Assembly (NCBI GenBank): GCA_964560005.1
Contig: CAZLKB010000003.1
Coordinates: 1-38,711, forward strand
Source: an uncultured Gammaproteobacteria bacterium
GTDB taxonomy: Bacteria; Patescibacteriota; Patescibacteriia; Patescibacteriales; GWC2-42-12
Direction of reading: 5' to 3'
Length of the DNA stretch: 38,711 nucleotides
The translations under genes were made by a program, and so were the position numbers. A model generated the notes under the pieces. The model ran no database searches. It worked only from the letters and a program-made list of their open reading frames with translations, and had not been told where the DNA came from. Positions within the stretch are counted from its first letter, which is position 1, and every line of letters starts with the position of its first letter. This document shows, piece by piece, positions 9,018-18,070 of the stretch.

Positions 9018-9442
9018 AAATCACTATCTGCGGCAGCGTTAAATTCGCCGATAAAATTGTCGCCATACATAAACAATTAACCGCCTTGGGTCATGAACCG
9101 CAAATTCATCAAGAAATGTTTGCTATTGCGGACGGAACCGCCAAAGAATTGATTGACGCAAAAAACGGCCACGAACATTATAAAGTCAAAATTAAATATG
9201 ATTTTATTAGAGCTTGGTACGATTTAATCATTAAAGGCGATGCCATCTTAGTCTGTAATTTTGATAAAAACGGCATTAAAAATTATATCGGCGGCAACAC
9301 TTTAATGGAAATCGGTTTCGCTCATGTGAATAATAAAAAGGTTTTTTTGCTCAATCCGATTTCCGATGAAGCTTCTTATAAAGACGAAATTAAAGCCATG
9401 GCCGATGTTATTTTAAACGGCGACTTATCAAAAATTAAATAA
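9014..9442 (+). CDS. Nucleoside 2-deoxyribosyltransferase-like protein (start re-called at 9014)
   Basis: ATGA overlap with the Nudix stop. 'DAILVCN...GGNTLMEIGFA...KKVFLL' resembles the NDT/Rossmann core with catalytic Glu. Confidence 0.6.
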   Translation: MKITICGSVKFADKIVAIHKQLTALGHEPQIHQEMFAIADGTAKELIDAKNGHEHYKVKIKYDFIRAWYDLIIKGDAILVCNFDKNGIKNYIGGNTLMEIGFAHVNNKKVFLLNPISDEASYKDEIKAMADVILNGDLSKIK

Positions 9443-9449
9443 TATCATT

Positions 9450-9509
9450 TTGTCATTCCGGCCAACGAGCCGGAATCTAATAGATCCTGAATCAAGTTCA
9501 GGATGACAA
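9450..9509. repeat. Minimal GTCATTCCGGC palindromic element
   Basis: TTGTCAT/ATGACAA termini. ATTCCGGC/GCCGGAAT and ATCCTGAA/TTCAGGAT hairpins. Confidence 0.9.
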
Positions 9510-9518
9510 CAACAGTCT

Positions 9519-10835
9519 ATGTTAGACATTAAATTTATCAAGGAAAATAAAAGCAAGGTTATAGAGGCGGCCAAAAATAAAAAAGTGGAAATTAATTTGG
9601 AAAGATTATTTGAGCTTGATGACGAAAGAAAAAAAGTTCTGGCCAGAATAGAAGATTTGCGCAACGAAAAAAATCGGCAGGCGGATTCATTTAAAAGCGC
9701 TAAACCGTCCGGCGAGCAGCTGGCGCAAGGCAAAAAAATAAAAACCGACATTGTCAGTTTTGAAAAGCAGCTGGATGAGGTTAGTAAAGAATATCTAAAA
9801 TTACTCTACCAAGTTCCCAATATCGTTTCCGACGATACGCCGGCCGGTCCGGACGAATCATGCAATAAAATTTTGAGAAAAGTCGGAGAAATTCCAAAGT
9901 TTGATTTTCCGGCCAAAGACCATATGAAGCTGGGCCATCTTCATAAAATGATTGACACGGAAAAATCCGCCGCCGTCTCCGGCTTAAGGTTTAATTATCT
10001 TTTCGGCCAAGCCGTTTTTCTGCAAATGGCGATTATTCAATTCGTTTTTGAAACCCTGACTGACCCGAAAATTATAGCTAAGATTGCGAAAAAAACCGGA
10101 AATCCTTCCACTAAAACTTTTACTCCGGTAATTCCTCCGGTAATTGCCAAGGCGGAAATAATGAAAAAAATGGACCGGTTTGACCCGATTGACGACCGTT
10201 ATTATTTAAATTTGGACGACGCGCTCTTAATCGGCAGCGCCGAGCATACCATGGGCCCGCTTCACCTTAACGAATTGCTCAAGGAAGAAGATCTGCCCAT
10301 AAGATACATTGGCTATTCCACTTCTTTCAGGCGGGAAGCCGGCTCTTACGGAAAAGATACTACCGGCATTATGCGGCGGCACCAATTTGACAAGCTGGAA
10401 ATGGAAAGCTTTACTCTGCCGGAAAACGGCCTCAAGGAACAGGAATTTATCGTGGCCATACAGGAATATCTGGTTGAACAATTGGAAATTCCTTTCCAGG
10501 TGGTTTTAAAATGCACCGGGGACATCGGCGGCAAAGCCGACTTCCGCGCCATTGATATTGAGTGTTATCTGCCAGGGCAGGGGAGATACCGCGAAACCCA
10601 CACCTCGGATTACATGACCGATTTCCAGGCGCGGCGCCTAAACACCAGATTTAAAGGTAAAACCGGCGCCAAAGGCTTCGTCCACATGAACGACGCTACC
10701 GCTTTCGCCATCGGCCGGACTTTAATCGCCATCATGGAAAATCACCAGCAAGCCGACGGCTCAATCAAAATTCCCAAAGCTTTGCAGAAATATATACCTG
10801 GAGGAATGAAAATAATTGAGAATAAAGATAAATAA
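9519..10835 (+). CDS. serS: Serine--tRNA ligase
   Basis: N-terminal coiled coil, 'SFRREAGSYGKDT.G..R.HQF.K.E', 'H..NxTA.AIGR..IAIMENHQ'. Confidence 0.98.
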   Translation: MLDIKFIKENKSKVIEAAKNKKVEINLERLFELDDERKKVLARIEDLRNEKNRQADSFKSAKPSGEQLAQGKKIKTDIVSFEKQLDEVSKEYLKLLYQVPNIVSDDTPAGPDESCNKILRKVGEIPKFDFPAKDHMKLGHLHKMIDTEKSAAVSGLRFNYLFGQAVFLQMAIIQFVFETLTDPKIIAKIAKKTGNPSTKTFTPVIPPVIAKAEIMKKMDRFDPIDDRYYLNLDDALLIGSAEHTMGPLHLNELLKEEDLPIRYIGYSTSFRREAGSYGKDTTGIMRRHQFDKLEMESFTLPENGLKEQEFIVAIQEYLVEQLEIPFQVVLKCTGDIGGKADFRAIDIECYLPGQGRYRETHTSDYMTDFQARRLNTRFKGKTGAKGFVHMNDATAFAIGRTLIAIMENHQQADGSIKIPKALQKYIPGGMKIIENKDK

Positions 10836-10850
10836 TAAACCGAAAAAATT

Positions 10851-11927
10851 ATGCCAAAAAAAATAAATTTAGCGGTTATTTTCGGCGGTGAATCCAGAGA
10901 GCATGAAATTTCCTTAAAAAGCGCCAGCGCCGTAATTAACGCCTTAGATAAAAATAAATACAATGTCCTGCCTATCGCCATAACTAAAAAAGGCCAGTGG
11001 CTAATTGGCAAGAGGGGAGAGGCATACTTAAAAACTAACCTGGCTTTCGCTAACAAAGAAAACGGTGTTACGATTTCCCGGTCGCAAAAGCTCTTAGTAA
11101 AAAAATATCAAGAACAAACTATTACTAATTTCATGGAAGGGGAAGGAAATAATGAAAAAATTGACTTGGTGATTCCTCTGGGGCATGGCACTTTTATGGA
11201 AGACGGGCGCCTGCAAGGCATTTTAGACAGCCTGCATTTGCCTTATGTATTTTCCGGCTGCCTGGCCAGCGCCTTGGCAATGGACAAAAATTTGACCAAA
11301 ATTATCGCTAAAAATAGCGGTTTAACCCTTGCCTCCGATCTTATAATTAAGCGAGGAGAAAAATTCAGCTTAACTAAAATTATTAAAAAATTAGGCTGGC
11401 CGGTTGTAATAAAGCCCAATCAAGCCGGCTCTTCGGTCGGCGTTTCCATCGCCCGAAATATTAAAGAATTAAATAGCGGCATAAAGACCGCTTTAAGCTT
11501 GGGCCGAGAAGTCCTGCTGGAGCAATTCATTAGCGGTCGAGAACTAACCTGCGCGGTCTTCGGCAATAAGCCGCCGCGCGCTTTGCCGGTGGCGGAAATC
11601 ATACCGAAAGTTTCCGGCTGGTTTGATTATAAAGCTAAATATCTGCCTGACGGCAGCGCGGAAATCTGCCCGGCCGATATCCCGAAAACCATCAGTGAAA
11701 AAATTAAACGAGGAGCTTTAATCGTTTTTCAAGCTCTGGGCTGCAAGGACTTAGCCAGAGCGGATTTTATTTGGAATGAAAAAGACAATAAAATCTACTT
11801 TCTGGAAATTAACACCATACCCGGCATGACGGCGCAAAGCTTGGCGCCGAAGATAGCCAAAGCCTCCGGCCTGAATTTTAAGCAATTTATTGATAGTTTA
11901 ATCAGGCAAAGTTTAAAAAATATATAA
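10851..11927 (+). CDS. ddl: D-alanine--D-alanine ligase
   Basis: 'FGGESREHEISL', 'HG..MEDG..QG', 'GSSVG', 'FDYKAKY' and 'LEINTIPGMT' motifs. Confidence 0.97.
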   Translation: MPKKINLAVIFGGESREHEISLKSASAVINALDKNKYNVLPIAITKKGQWLIGKRGEAYLKTNLAFANKENGVTISRSQKLLVKKYQEQTITNFMEGEGNNEKIDLVIPLGHGTFMEDGRLQGILDSLHLPYVFSGCLASALAMDKNLTKIIAKNSGLTLASDLIIKRGEKFSLTKIIKKLGWPVVIKPNQAGSSVGVSIARNIKELNSGIKTALSLGREVLLEQFISGRELTCAVFGNKPPRALPVAEIIPKVSGWFDYKAKYLPDGSAEICPADIPKTISEKIKRGALIVFQALGCKDLARADFIWNEKDNKIYFLEINTIPGMTAQSLAPKIAKASGLNFKQFIDSLIRQSLKNI

Positions 11928-11951
11928 TTAACTAATTATCAAAGAAACATT

Positions 11952-12413
11952 ATGAAAGAAAAATTCGGTTCTGCACCAAACCCAGATCCTGAGCAATTTC
12001 CTGTCTCAGCCAGGGATCAAAAAATAAAACCTGAATTGGTTGCTAAACTGCGAGAATTATTATCTCCTTTAGATCAACCGCCGGAGGAAAAATTTGAGTG
12101 GACAGAAGATGAATTAAACCAAATAGTTGACGCTTTCACAAAATTTAATCTTGCCATTCGTCAAGGAATCCCCAAAGCACTATTTAACATGCTCGCTAAG
12201 CGGGCTGATGTAGGATTAGCGGAGGAAACATATAAAAATCATGCAATCTGGTATGCTCATGAAGGAATTGAATTTGCAACAGAAAGTGTGCGAGATTTTT
12301 CACATAAAGTAATAAAAGAAATAAAAAAAACAAAAAATTGGCAGCCACAGCAATATCATGATTGGTATGATGACAAAGAATCCTCAGGTGATGATCAAAT
12401 TACCAATAATTAA
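11952..12413 (+). CDS. Hypothetical protein between ddl and ftsQ
   Basis: 153-aa open frame with no family motif recognised. Confidence 0.6.
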   Translation: MKEKFGSAPNPDPEQFPVSARDQKIKPELVAKLRELLSPLDQPPEEKFEWTEDELNQIVDAFTKFNLAIRQGIPKALFNMLAKRADVGLAEETYKNHAIWYAHEGIEFATESVRDFSHKVIKEIKKTKNWQPQQYHDWYDDKESSGDDQITNN

Positions 12414-12428
12414 ATCTTGGCAAAACTT

Positions 12429-13307
12429 ATGAGATTTACCGGCCATAGTATTAATAAAAGCAGGCGACCGGGATTAAAAAGGGGGAAATTTATTTATTCA
12501 AAAAAGTCTTACTCCAATCCTTTTTTTAGAAATAAACGAGCTTCCATTTCCCGATCAAACGGTTTTATATCCAATAAAATCAAACTGGCTGTCTTTGCTT
12601 CTATTGTCGCCGTCTTAATTTTAGTTTGGCTGTTATTTTTTTCCAATCTCTTTAAAATTACTAAAATTGAAATAAGCGGAGTGGGGGATAATTTAGCCGC
12701 GGAGATAGAATTATTGGCTTACGACATAGCCGAAAACAAATTGGTGGGTAAAAATAATCTACTATTATACGATAAAAGCGAATTAGACCAAGCTCTAAAC
12801 AATAATTACTATTTGGAAGATTTAAAAATACAAAAAAAACTTTTTCATACCCTTAAAATATCTTTGGCAGAGAAGCGGCAAACCGCGGTTTGGCATGAAG
12901 ATGATAAATATTATTATCTTGATAACGATGGCCTGGCGATTAATCAGATAGATCCTTTGAATATCAACCGCCTAAACTATCCCGTAATAGAGAATTTAAC
13001 CGGCCTTAAGATAAAAGATCGGGAAGTTAACATCAATAAACCGACAATTGAATATATTTTGAGCCTTTTTAACGAGTTTAAAGACAAAAAACACGGTTTT
13101 GAAATAGAAAAATTTATTTTGGATAAGGACATCAATACGGTTAAGCTGGCGATTTTGGCTGGGCCTAAAATTTATTTTAATACCGAGGCATCCGCGGCCG
13201 AGCAAACATTATCGCTTAATCTGATTATTAAAGAAAAATTGAAAGATAGTTTTATGAGCAAGGAATATATTGACCTAAGATACGGCGAAAATATATATAT
13301 AAAATAA
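12429..13307 (+). CDS. ftsQ: Cell division protein FtsQ/DivIB-like (ATG start preferred over TTG 12417)
   Basis: Single TM, 'F.I..IEISG' POTRA start, 'P.TL.I...E' equivalent and C-terminal 'EYIDLRYG...Y'. Lies near ddl. Confidence 0.8.
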   Translation: MRFTGHSINKSRRPGLKRGKFIYSKKSYSNPFFRNKRASISRSNGFISNKIKLAVFASIVAVLILVWLLFFSNLFKITKIEISGVGDNLAAEIELLAYDIAENKLVGKNNLLLYDKSELDQALNNNYYLEDLKIQKKLFHTLKISLAEKRQTAVWHEDDKYYYLDNDGLAINQIDPLNINRLNYPVIENLTGLKIKDREVNINKPTIEYILSLFNEFKDKKHGFEIEKFILDKDINTVKLAILAGPKIYFNTEASAAEQTLSLNLIIKEKLKDSFMSKEYIDLRYGENIYIK

Positions 13308-13520
13308 ATATATTTTGCGACGCATAACCGATTCTGATTATTATTTATCTTTTTTAGACCGGATAGATCGTAGTATCAACGGCATTTAATTTAAAATATA
13401 GCAGCAGGGGAATTACCAAGTAATTTTTATTATTATCTATTAAAACCCATTAAAATTTAAGTCCATAATGGTATGAACATACCATCAGGCCTGATAAATT
13501 TTAATGATAAAAAATGATTT

Positions 13521-13661
13521 ATGGAAAAATATTTTAAAATGTTATTCGCAGTGGGGATTATGGTTTTTTGTTTATTAATCAGCGGTTTAACTTTACTATT
13601 ATTAAAAGTTATACTTCTATTTACCCCTCAAATCAATTTTTTCGGCCTGACCATAACCTAA
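13521..13661 (+). CDS. Small hydrophobic protein, 46 aa (MEKYFKMLFAVGIMVFCLLISGLTLLLLKVILLFTPQINFFGLTIT)
   Basis: Translated by hand. Fills the intergenic gap, co-oriented, long TM segment. Confidence 0.55.
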   Translation: MEKYFKMLFAVGIMVFCLLISGLTLLLLKVILLFTPQINFFGLTIT

Positions 13662-13704
13662 ACTTAGCCTTAGAGACAAAACCAACCATAATGATTATAA
13701 TCAA

Positions 13705-13732
13705 GCGTCGCATAAGTTATATTGTGCGACGC
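13705..13732. other. Symmetric dif-like tyrosine-recombinase site (11+6+11)
   Basis: GCGTCGCATAA-GTTATA-TTGTGCGACGC. The left arm ends CGCATAA like the XerC arm of canonical dif. Confidence 0.5.
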
Positions 13733-13839
13733 TATTATATCTAAAAATATTAGTTTTCGCCTCTCCTCCGCCTTGCTTCTAAGTGTGATACAAAATTTAT
13801 TTTCATTGCCGCCTCCGGGAAAGAAGCCGTCCCATATAT

Positions 13840-13899
13840 CTGTCATCCCGGACTTCTTGCCTGCCTGCAGGCAGGCGGCTCAAAATTCAGGAGCGACAG
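13840..13899. repeat. GTCATCCCGG-type element with a nested perfect 18-bp palindrome
   Basis: CTGTC/GACAG termini and GCCTGCCTGCAGGCAGGC at 13859-13876. Confidence 0.8.
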
Positions 13900-13975
13900 T
13901 ATAAACGCTTTTCCGGATTGACAGATTGCCAGTCTCCCCTATTATAGGCGCTTCATTACCTTTCTATCGTCCTGG

Positions 13976-14368
13976 CTATACAAAATATCGGCTTAATTCT
14001 TTATCTTTCTTTAATTTTTTAATATTTCTCGCTACTTGCCGATAAAATACCGGGTAATGGCATCTGTTTATCAAATGGCCTTTATAACGCGACCTGTAAG
14101 GTCGTTTTTGATGATGCGCCGCCTCGTGAGCCAAGGTGCGGAGTATGGAGGCGATGGCTTTGGGCTTTCTGAATTTCGGCGTAAAAATATCAATCGTAAT
14201 CAAACCAGTCTTTAAGTTAGTCCTGCCTATTACATAGCCACGTTTGGTGTTTATCTGATCGTTCTGCTTCCTCATGGGCAAGAAATGCAATTGAGGCAAA
14301 TCAAAAACCGCCAAAGCGCGGCGGCAAACTTCAATGGTTAGCAAATAGTGGTTTACAGTTGGCATCAT
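13976..14368 (-). CDS. Small HExxH putative zinc metalloprotein (start re-called at 14368)
   Basis: 'RTLAHEAAHH...H...FY' SprT/WLM-like pattern. The track start at 14428 overlaps the upstream gene. Confidence 0.65.
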   Translation of the reverse strand: MMPTVNHYLLTIEVCRRALAVFDLPQLHFLPMRKQNDQINTKRGYVIGRTNLKTGLITIDIFTPKFRKPKAIASILRTLAHEAAHHQKRPYRSRYKGHLINRCHYPVFYRQVARNIKKLKKDKELSRYFV

Positions 14369-14402
14369 TATCTTATAAAAAACAATAATAATTATCTCTT
14401 GA

Positions 14403-15626
14403 TTACGGCAGATATTCCAACGGGTCAACCGGTACGCCGTTTAAGCGCACTTCAAAATGAAGATGAGGCCCGGTCGTCATCCTGCCGGCTCCGCTCGTGC
14501 CCGGGGTGCCGCCGGAAAGTCCGACGGCTTGGCCTTGCACCACATACTCATCGGTCTGAACATAAATTTTAGAAACATGGCCGTAGACCGTAGCCAAACC
14601 GTTGCCATGGATGATCATGATATAGCTGTAACCCTTGCCCGCGTCTTTAGCGATCGCCACATAGCCGGAGGCCGAGGCTCTGATGGTCGTACCCTGGCCA
14701 GCCCTTATATCAACCGCCGGATGCTCAAAAACATAGCGGAAAGGATAATCAGGGTCGTGAAAAGTGGCCACCACCGTGTGATTAACCGTCGGCCAAATAA
14801 AACCGGCATCGTTAAATTCCAATTGCTTGCCGGAAACTTTGGCGATCCTGGCTCTGACGACTTTTTCCAAATTTACGATATCGGCTTCAGCCTGCTGCTG
14901 CTCTTGCTTAACTAATTTTAACAATCTTTGATATTCTTTTTCTGAAGACTTGGTCTGATCTAAAATATAAACCTTATTCTGCTGTTCGGAAGCCAATTTT
15001 AATTTTTTTTCTTCAAGCTGCAATCTGAATTTTGCCAAGGCTTTCTTGGTTTCATTTAAATCGCTTTGTTTTTTTTCCAAATCTTTTTTATATTGCTCAA
15101 TCGTGTCAAGGCTGCGGTTGATTTCTTTGCTGATATCCGCCAAATACTTGGCTTGGCTGATAAATTCATTTAAAGTCCCGTTGAGCAGCAATATTTCCAG
15201 GGTGGATTTACCGTCTTGCCTTTGTATTAATCTCAAAACCAAGGCCAGATGCTCCTTTTGCTTTAAAATCTGCCGATCTTTGCCCTGTATTTCAATATTT
15301 ATTTTGTCAATTTCCAGGTTAGTTCGATCAATCTCGGTTTGGGCGCTATCTATATCCAAAGCGGCTTTAGCCAAGCGATTGTCTAAAATAGCCAACTGAT
15401 TATTCAAGGTCGCTTTTTCTTTTTGCTTCTGCGCCAGCGCCCGGTTATATATTTCCTGCTGCTCCTGCATTTTCTTTATCCGGTCTTGCTTGGCCTGAAT
15501 TTCTTTATTGATTTCCCTTACCGCTTCATTCTCCGCTTCAACATCTTGCCCGATAGTCGCTACCGGATTAAATAAAAAAAGACCAATAACTAAAATTGGA
15601 ATAATTTTATTGATTATTCTATTCAT
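14403..15626 (-). CDS. Coiled-coil + M23 peptidase (EnvC/murein hydrolase activator family)
   Basis: Signal peptide, long coiled coil, 'HPAVD', 'YGHVS' and 'TGPHLHFEVR' motifs. Confidence 0.92.
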   Translation of the reverse strand: MNRIINKIIPILVIGLFLFNPVATIGQDVEAENEAVREINKEIQAKQDRIKKMQEQQEIYNRALAQKQKEKATLNNQLAILDNRLAKAALDIDSAQTEIDRTNLEIDKINIEIQGKDRQILKQKEHLALVLRLIQRQDGKSTLEILLLNGTLNEFISQAKYLADISKEINRSLDTIEQYKKDLEKKQSDLNETKKALAKFRLQLEEKKLKLASEQQNKVYILDQTKSSEKEYQRLLKLVKQEQQQAEADIVNLEKVVRARIAKVSGKQLEFNDAGFIWPTVNHTVVATFHDPDYPFRYVFEHPAVDIRAGQGTTIRASASGYVAIAKDAGKGYSYIMIIHGNGLATVYGHVSKIYVQTDEYVVQGQAVGLSGGTPGTSGAGRMTTGPHLHFEVRLNGVPVDPLEYLP

Positions 15627-15632
15627 ATTTCT

Positions 15633-15641
15633 ATTATAACA
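15633..15641 (-). promoter_or_regulatory. Extended -10 promoter (TG-T-TATAAT), predicted leaderless start
   Basis: The hexamer ends 6 nt before ATG 15626. Confidence 0.6.
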
Positions 15642-15704
15642 CGAAATCTATAAGTTTATGAATTTTTCTAGTTAATTGTAGCAGTCTTGGCTTACCTTCA
15701 CATG

Positions 15705-17195
15705 CTATATCCTTTTAATCGCTTGATTGATTCTTTTAAGGCTTTCCTCTTTGCCTAAGGCGGCCGCTACCTCAAACGGCCCCGGGCTAGCCTGAAGTCC
15801 GGTTAAGGCGACTCTGAGCGGCCAAAGGTAATCCCCGACTTTAAATTCTTTGGCTTTTAAATAATCTATCATCGCCTTTTCAAGGCTTCCGGAATTCCAA
15901 TCGGTTTCCGAGATTTTTTCCAATAGTTCAAAATCTGTTTGTAAATTGGCTTTGATTTGCTCGGGAGTATTTTTTTTCCAAATAAGCAGTTTAGGCTCAA
16001 ATTTAAGTTCATCCATGAACATAAATTTAGTCAGCTCCCCTATTTCCGAGAGCCTCCTAAGCCGTTCTTGCTCTAAGGCAACGGCTTTCTTTATATAATC
16101 TTCAGTTTGTTTTTTCGGATCTTTAGTTAATTTCAAGTTTTCCCCCAAAAACGGCAGGCATAGCTTGGTCAACTTTTCTATAGACTCCCGCCTGATGTAA
16201 TAGCCGTTAAAATAATCTAATTTTTCCGTGTCAAAAATCGCCGGACTCACGCCCATGTCTTTATAATCAAAATAAGCAACCATCTGGTCTAAACTTAAAA
16301 TTTCATCGGTCTTATCCTTCGGAGCTTTAGCTGAAGCTGACGGGTGCCAGCCTTGTAAAACACAAAAATTCAGTAAAGCCTGGCTTAAATAGCCTTTATT
16401 CTTAAAATCCTCCACCGCCACATCCCCCTGGCGCTTGCTTAATTTGCCGCCGTCTTTATTTAAGGTTAAAGTTAAATGGATAAATTTAGGCGGCTCCCAA
16501 TTGAAAGCTTTGTATAGCAAGATATTCTTAGGAAATGAAGAAATCCATTCATCGCCTCTTAACACATGGCTGATTTCCATTAAGTGGTCGTCCACTATGC
16601 TGGCGAACTGATAAGTGGGCATGCCGTCCGACTTAATTAAGACATGATCTTCTAAGTCGGCCGCTTGGAATTTTATATCGCCGCGCAGCTCGTCGTGGGC
16701 TAAAACTTCGCCGGTCAAGGGCAACTTTTGCCGAATTACGAAAGTTTCATGATTGGCAATTTTTTCAGCCGATTCTTTTTCGCTTAAATCTCGGCAAGCC
16801 CGATCATAGCGAGGCGGCATTTTTTTCGCCTGCTGGCCTTCCCGCATCTGTTTTAACCTGTCTTCACTGCAAAAACAAGGGTAGGCGCCGCCCTTTTTTA
16901 TAAGAGCCGTGGCGTGTTGTTTATAAATCTCCCTTCTTTGCGATTGAATATACGGCCCATAATCTCCGCCAAGATGCGGCCCTTCATCAAATTTTATGCC
17001 GGCCCAATCTAAAATATTTACTATACCTTCAACCGCGCCTTGCACCTCTCTTTTTTCGTCCGTATCTTCAATTCTCAAAATTAATTTGCCGTTTAGGGTT
17101 TTAGCGATTAAATAATTAAACAACACGGCGCGCAAACTGCCGATATGCAAAAATCCGGTCGGTGATGGAGCAAAACGCACCCTAATTTTAGACAT
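15705..17195 (-). CDS. gltX: Glutamate--tRNA ligase
   Basis: 'RFAPSPTGFLHIG', 'LRIEDTD', 'HVLRGDEW' and 'KLSKRQG' motifs. Confidence 0.98.
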   Translation of the reverse strand: MSKIRVRFAPSPTGFLHIGSLRAVLFNYLIAKTLNGKLILRIEDTDEKREVQGAVEGIVNILDWAGIKFDEGPHLGGDYGPYIQSQRREIYKQHATALIKKGGAYPCFCSEDRLKQMREGQQAKKMPPRYDRACRDLSEKESAEKIANHETFVIRQKLPLTGEVLAHDELRGDIKFQAADLEDHVLIKSDGMPTYQFASIVDDHLMEISHVLRGDEWISSFPKNILLYKAFNWEPPKFIHLTLTLNKDGGKLSKRQGDVAVEDFKNKGYLSQALLNFCVLQGWHPSASAKAPKDKTDEILSLDQMVAYFDYKDMGVSPAIFDTEKLDYFNGYYIRRESIEKLTKLCLPFLGENLKLTKDPKKQTEDYIKKAVALEQERLRRLSEIGELTKFMFMDELKFEPKLLIWKKNTPEQIKANLQTDFELLEKISETDWNSGSLEKAMIDYLKAKEFKVGDYLWPLRVALTGLQASPGPFEVAAALGKEESLKRINQAIKRI

Positions 17196-17221
17196 ATGTT
17201 TATTTATGAATTAACCTCCCC

Positions 17222-17284
17222 ACGAATCAACAAATCGGCTACAAATACTACGAATTTTATTTGTGATATTCGTAGCTGATTCGT
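17222..17284. repeat. AT-rich quasi-palindrome upstream of gltX, related to the lysS leader hairpin
   Basis: ACGAATCA/TGATTCGT and GCTACAAATA/TATTCGTAGC arms. Shares ATCAACAAATC and TACAAATA with 6524-6619. Confidence 0.7.
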
Positions 17285-17295
17285 AGATATGTGGG

Positions 17296-18066
17296 TTATT
17301 TTATCATTTCCGCGAATATCCTTTTAATTTTTTGGTCATATGACCAGCCGATAACTCTTTTTAAAAGCATTTCACGGCCGTTGCGGTAATCCTTATTAAT
17401 TTCTTTGCCGATTCTGATTATGGCCTTTTCTAAAACCTTATCCTTATTCTCGGCTTGATTATATAAGTTTGACAAAAAATAACAGCGGTTAGCGCTGATT
17501 AACGGCCTGCCCTTAGCTTTTACTCTATAGCCTACCCAAGCTTTAACGGTTGAATTACCATTAATTAAAGCCAACAAAGACCTTCTTAAACCATCAAAAA
17601 CACGATAATTTTCTCCGAGCTTATAGACTAAAATCGGAAAATGATCTCTTTCTTTATGCGCGGAAAAACCCGTATTCAATATCTCCTGCCTCATGATTTT
17701 ATCGGTTTTCCAGGCCTTGGCAAAAGCCAGCGGATTATGATTAAATTTTTTAACAATATATTTATCCAGAGTTGGCGACAGGCCGGTTAAATAAATTTTT
17801 CTTAACGGGATATTCACTAATTTCCACTGGTATTTATCATCCGATAAAACCGCGAAGACCTGCTTTAATTTCCAGCCTTCGGCAACAGCGGACAAAAGAT
17901 TCCAAAAAGATGCTTCGCCGTCTCTTTTGTCAAAGCTATCAATTGATCTATCAATTCTTTTAAAAAACTTATCGTCTTTAACATCGGCAAAAATTTTCCT
18001 AAATTCGTTTTTAAGATATTGCTTGGCGATGATTAGTGAATTTTTTGACGGAGTGTATTTCGTCAT
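17296..18066 (-). CDS. Hypothetical protein with a ParB/sulfiredoxin-like motif
   Basis: 'FPILVYKLGENYRVFDGLRRSLLALING' matches the PIxV...DGxxR..A pattern. Confidence 0.6.
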   Translation of the reverse strand: MTKYTPSKNSLIIAKQYLKNEFRKIFADVKDDKFFKRIDRSIDSFDKRDGEASFWNLLSAVAEGWKLKQVFAVLSDDKYQWKLVNIPLRKIYLTGLSPTLDKYIVKKFNHNPLAFAKAWKTDKIMRQEILNTGFSAHKERDHFPILVYKLGENYRVFDGLRRSLLALINGNSTVKAWVGYRVKAKGRPLISANRCYFLSNLYNQAENKDKVLEKAIIRIGKEINKDYRNGREMLLKRVIGWSYDQKIKRIFAEMIK

Positions 18067-18070
18067 ATGA

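Noticed and set aside
13722-13904. 60-aa ORF
   Set aside because: TTG start inside the dif-like palindrome, and it runs through a repeat element (PACRQA is the translated palindrome).
13918-13945. Antisense promoter (TTGACA-16-TATTAT) suggesting an antitoxin RNA against the HExxH gene
   Set aside because: The spacing is suboptimal and I saw no matching terminator or other support.
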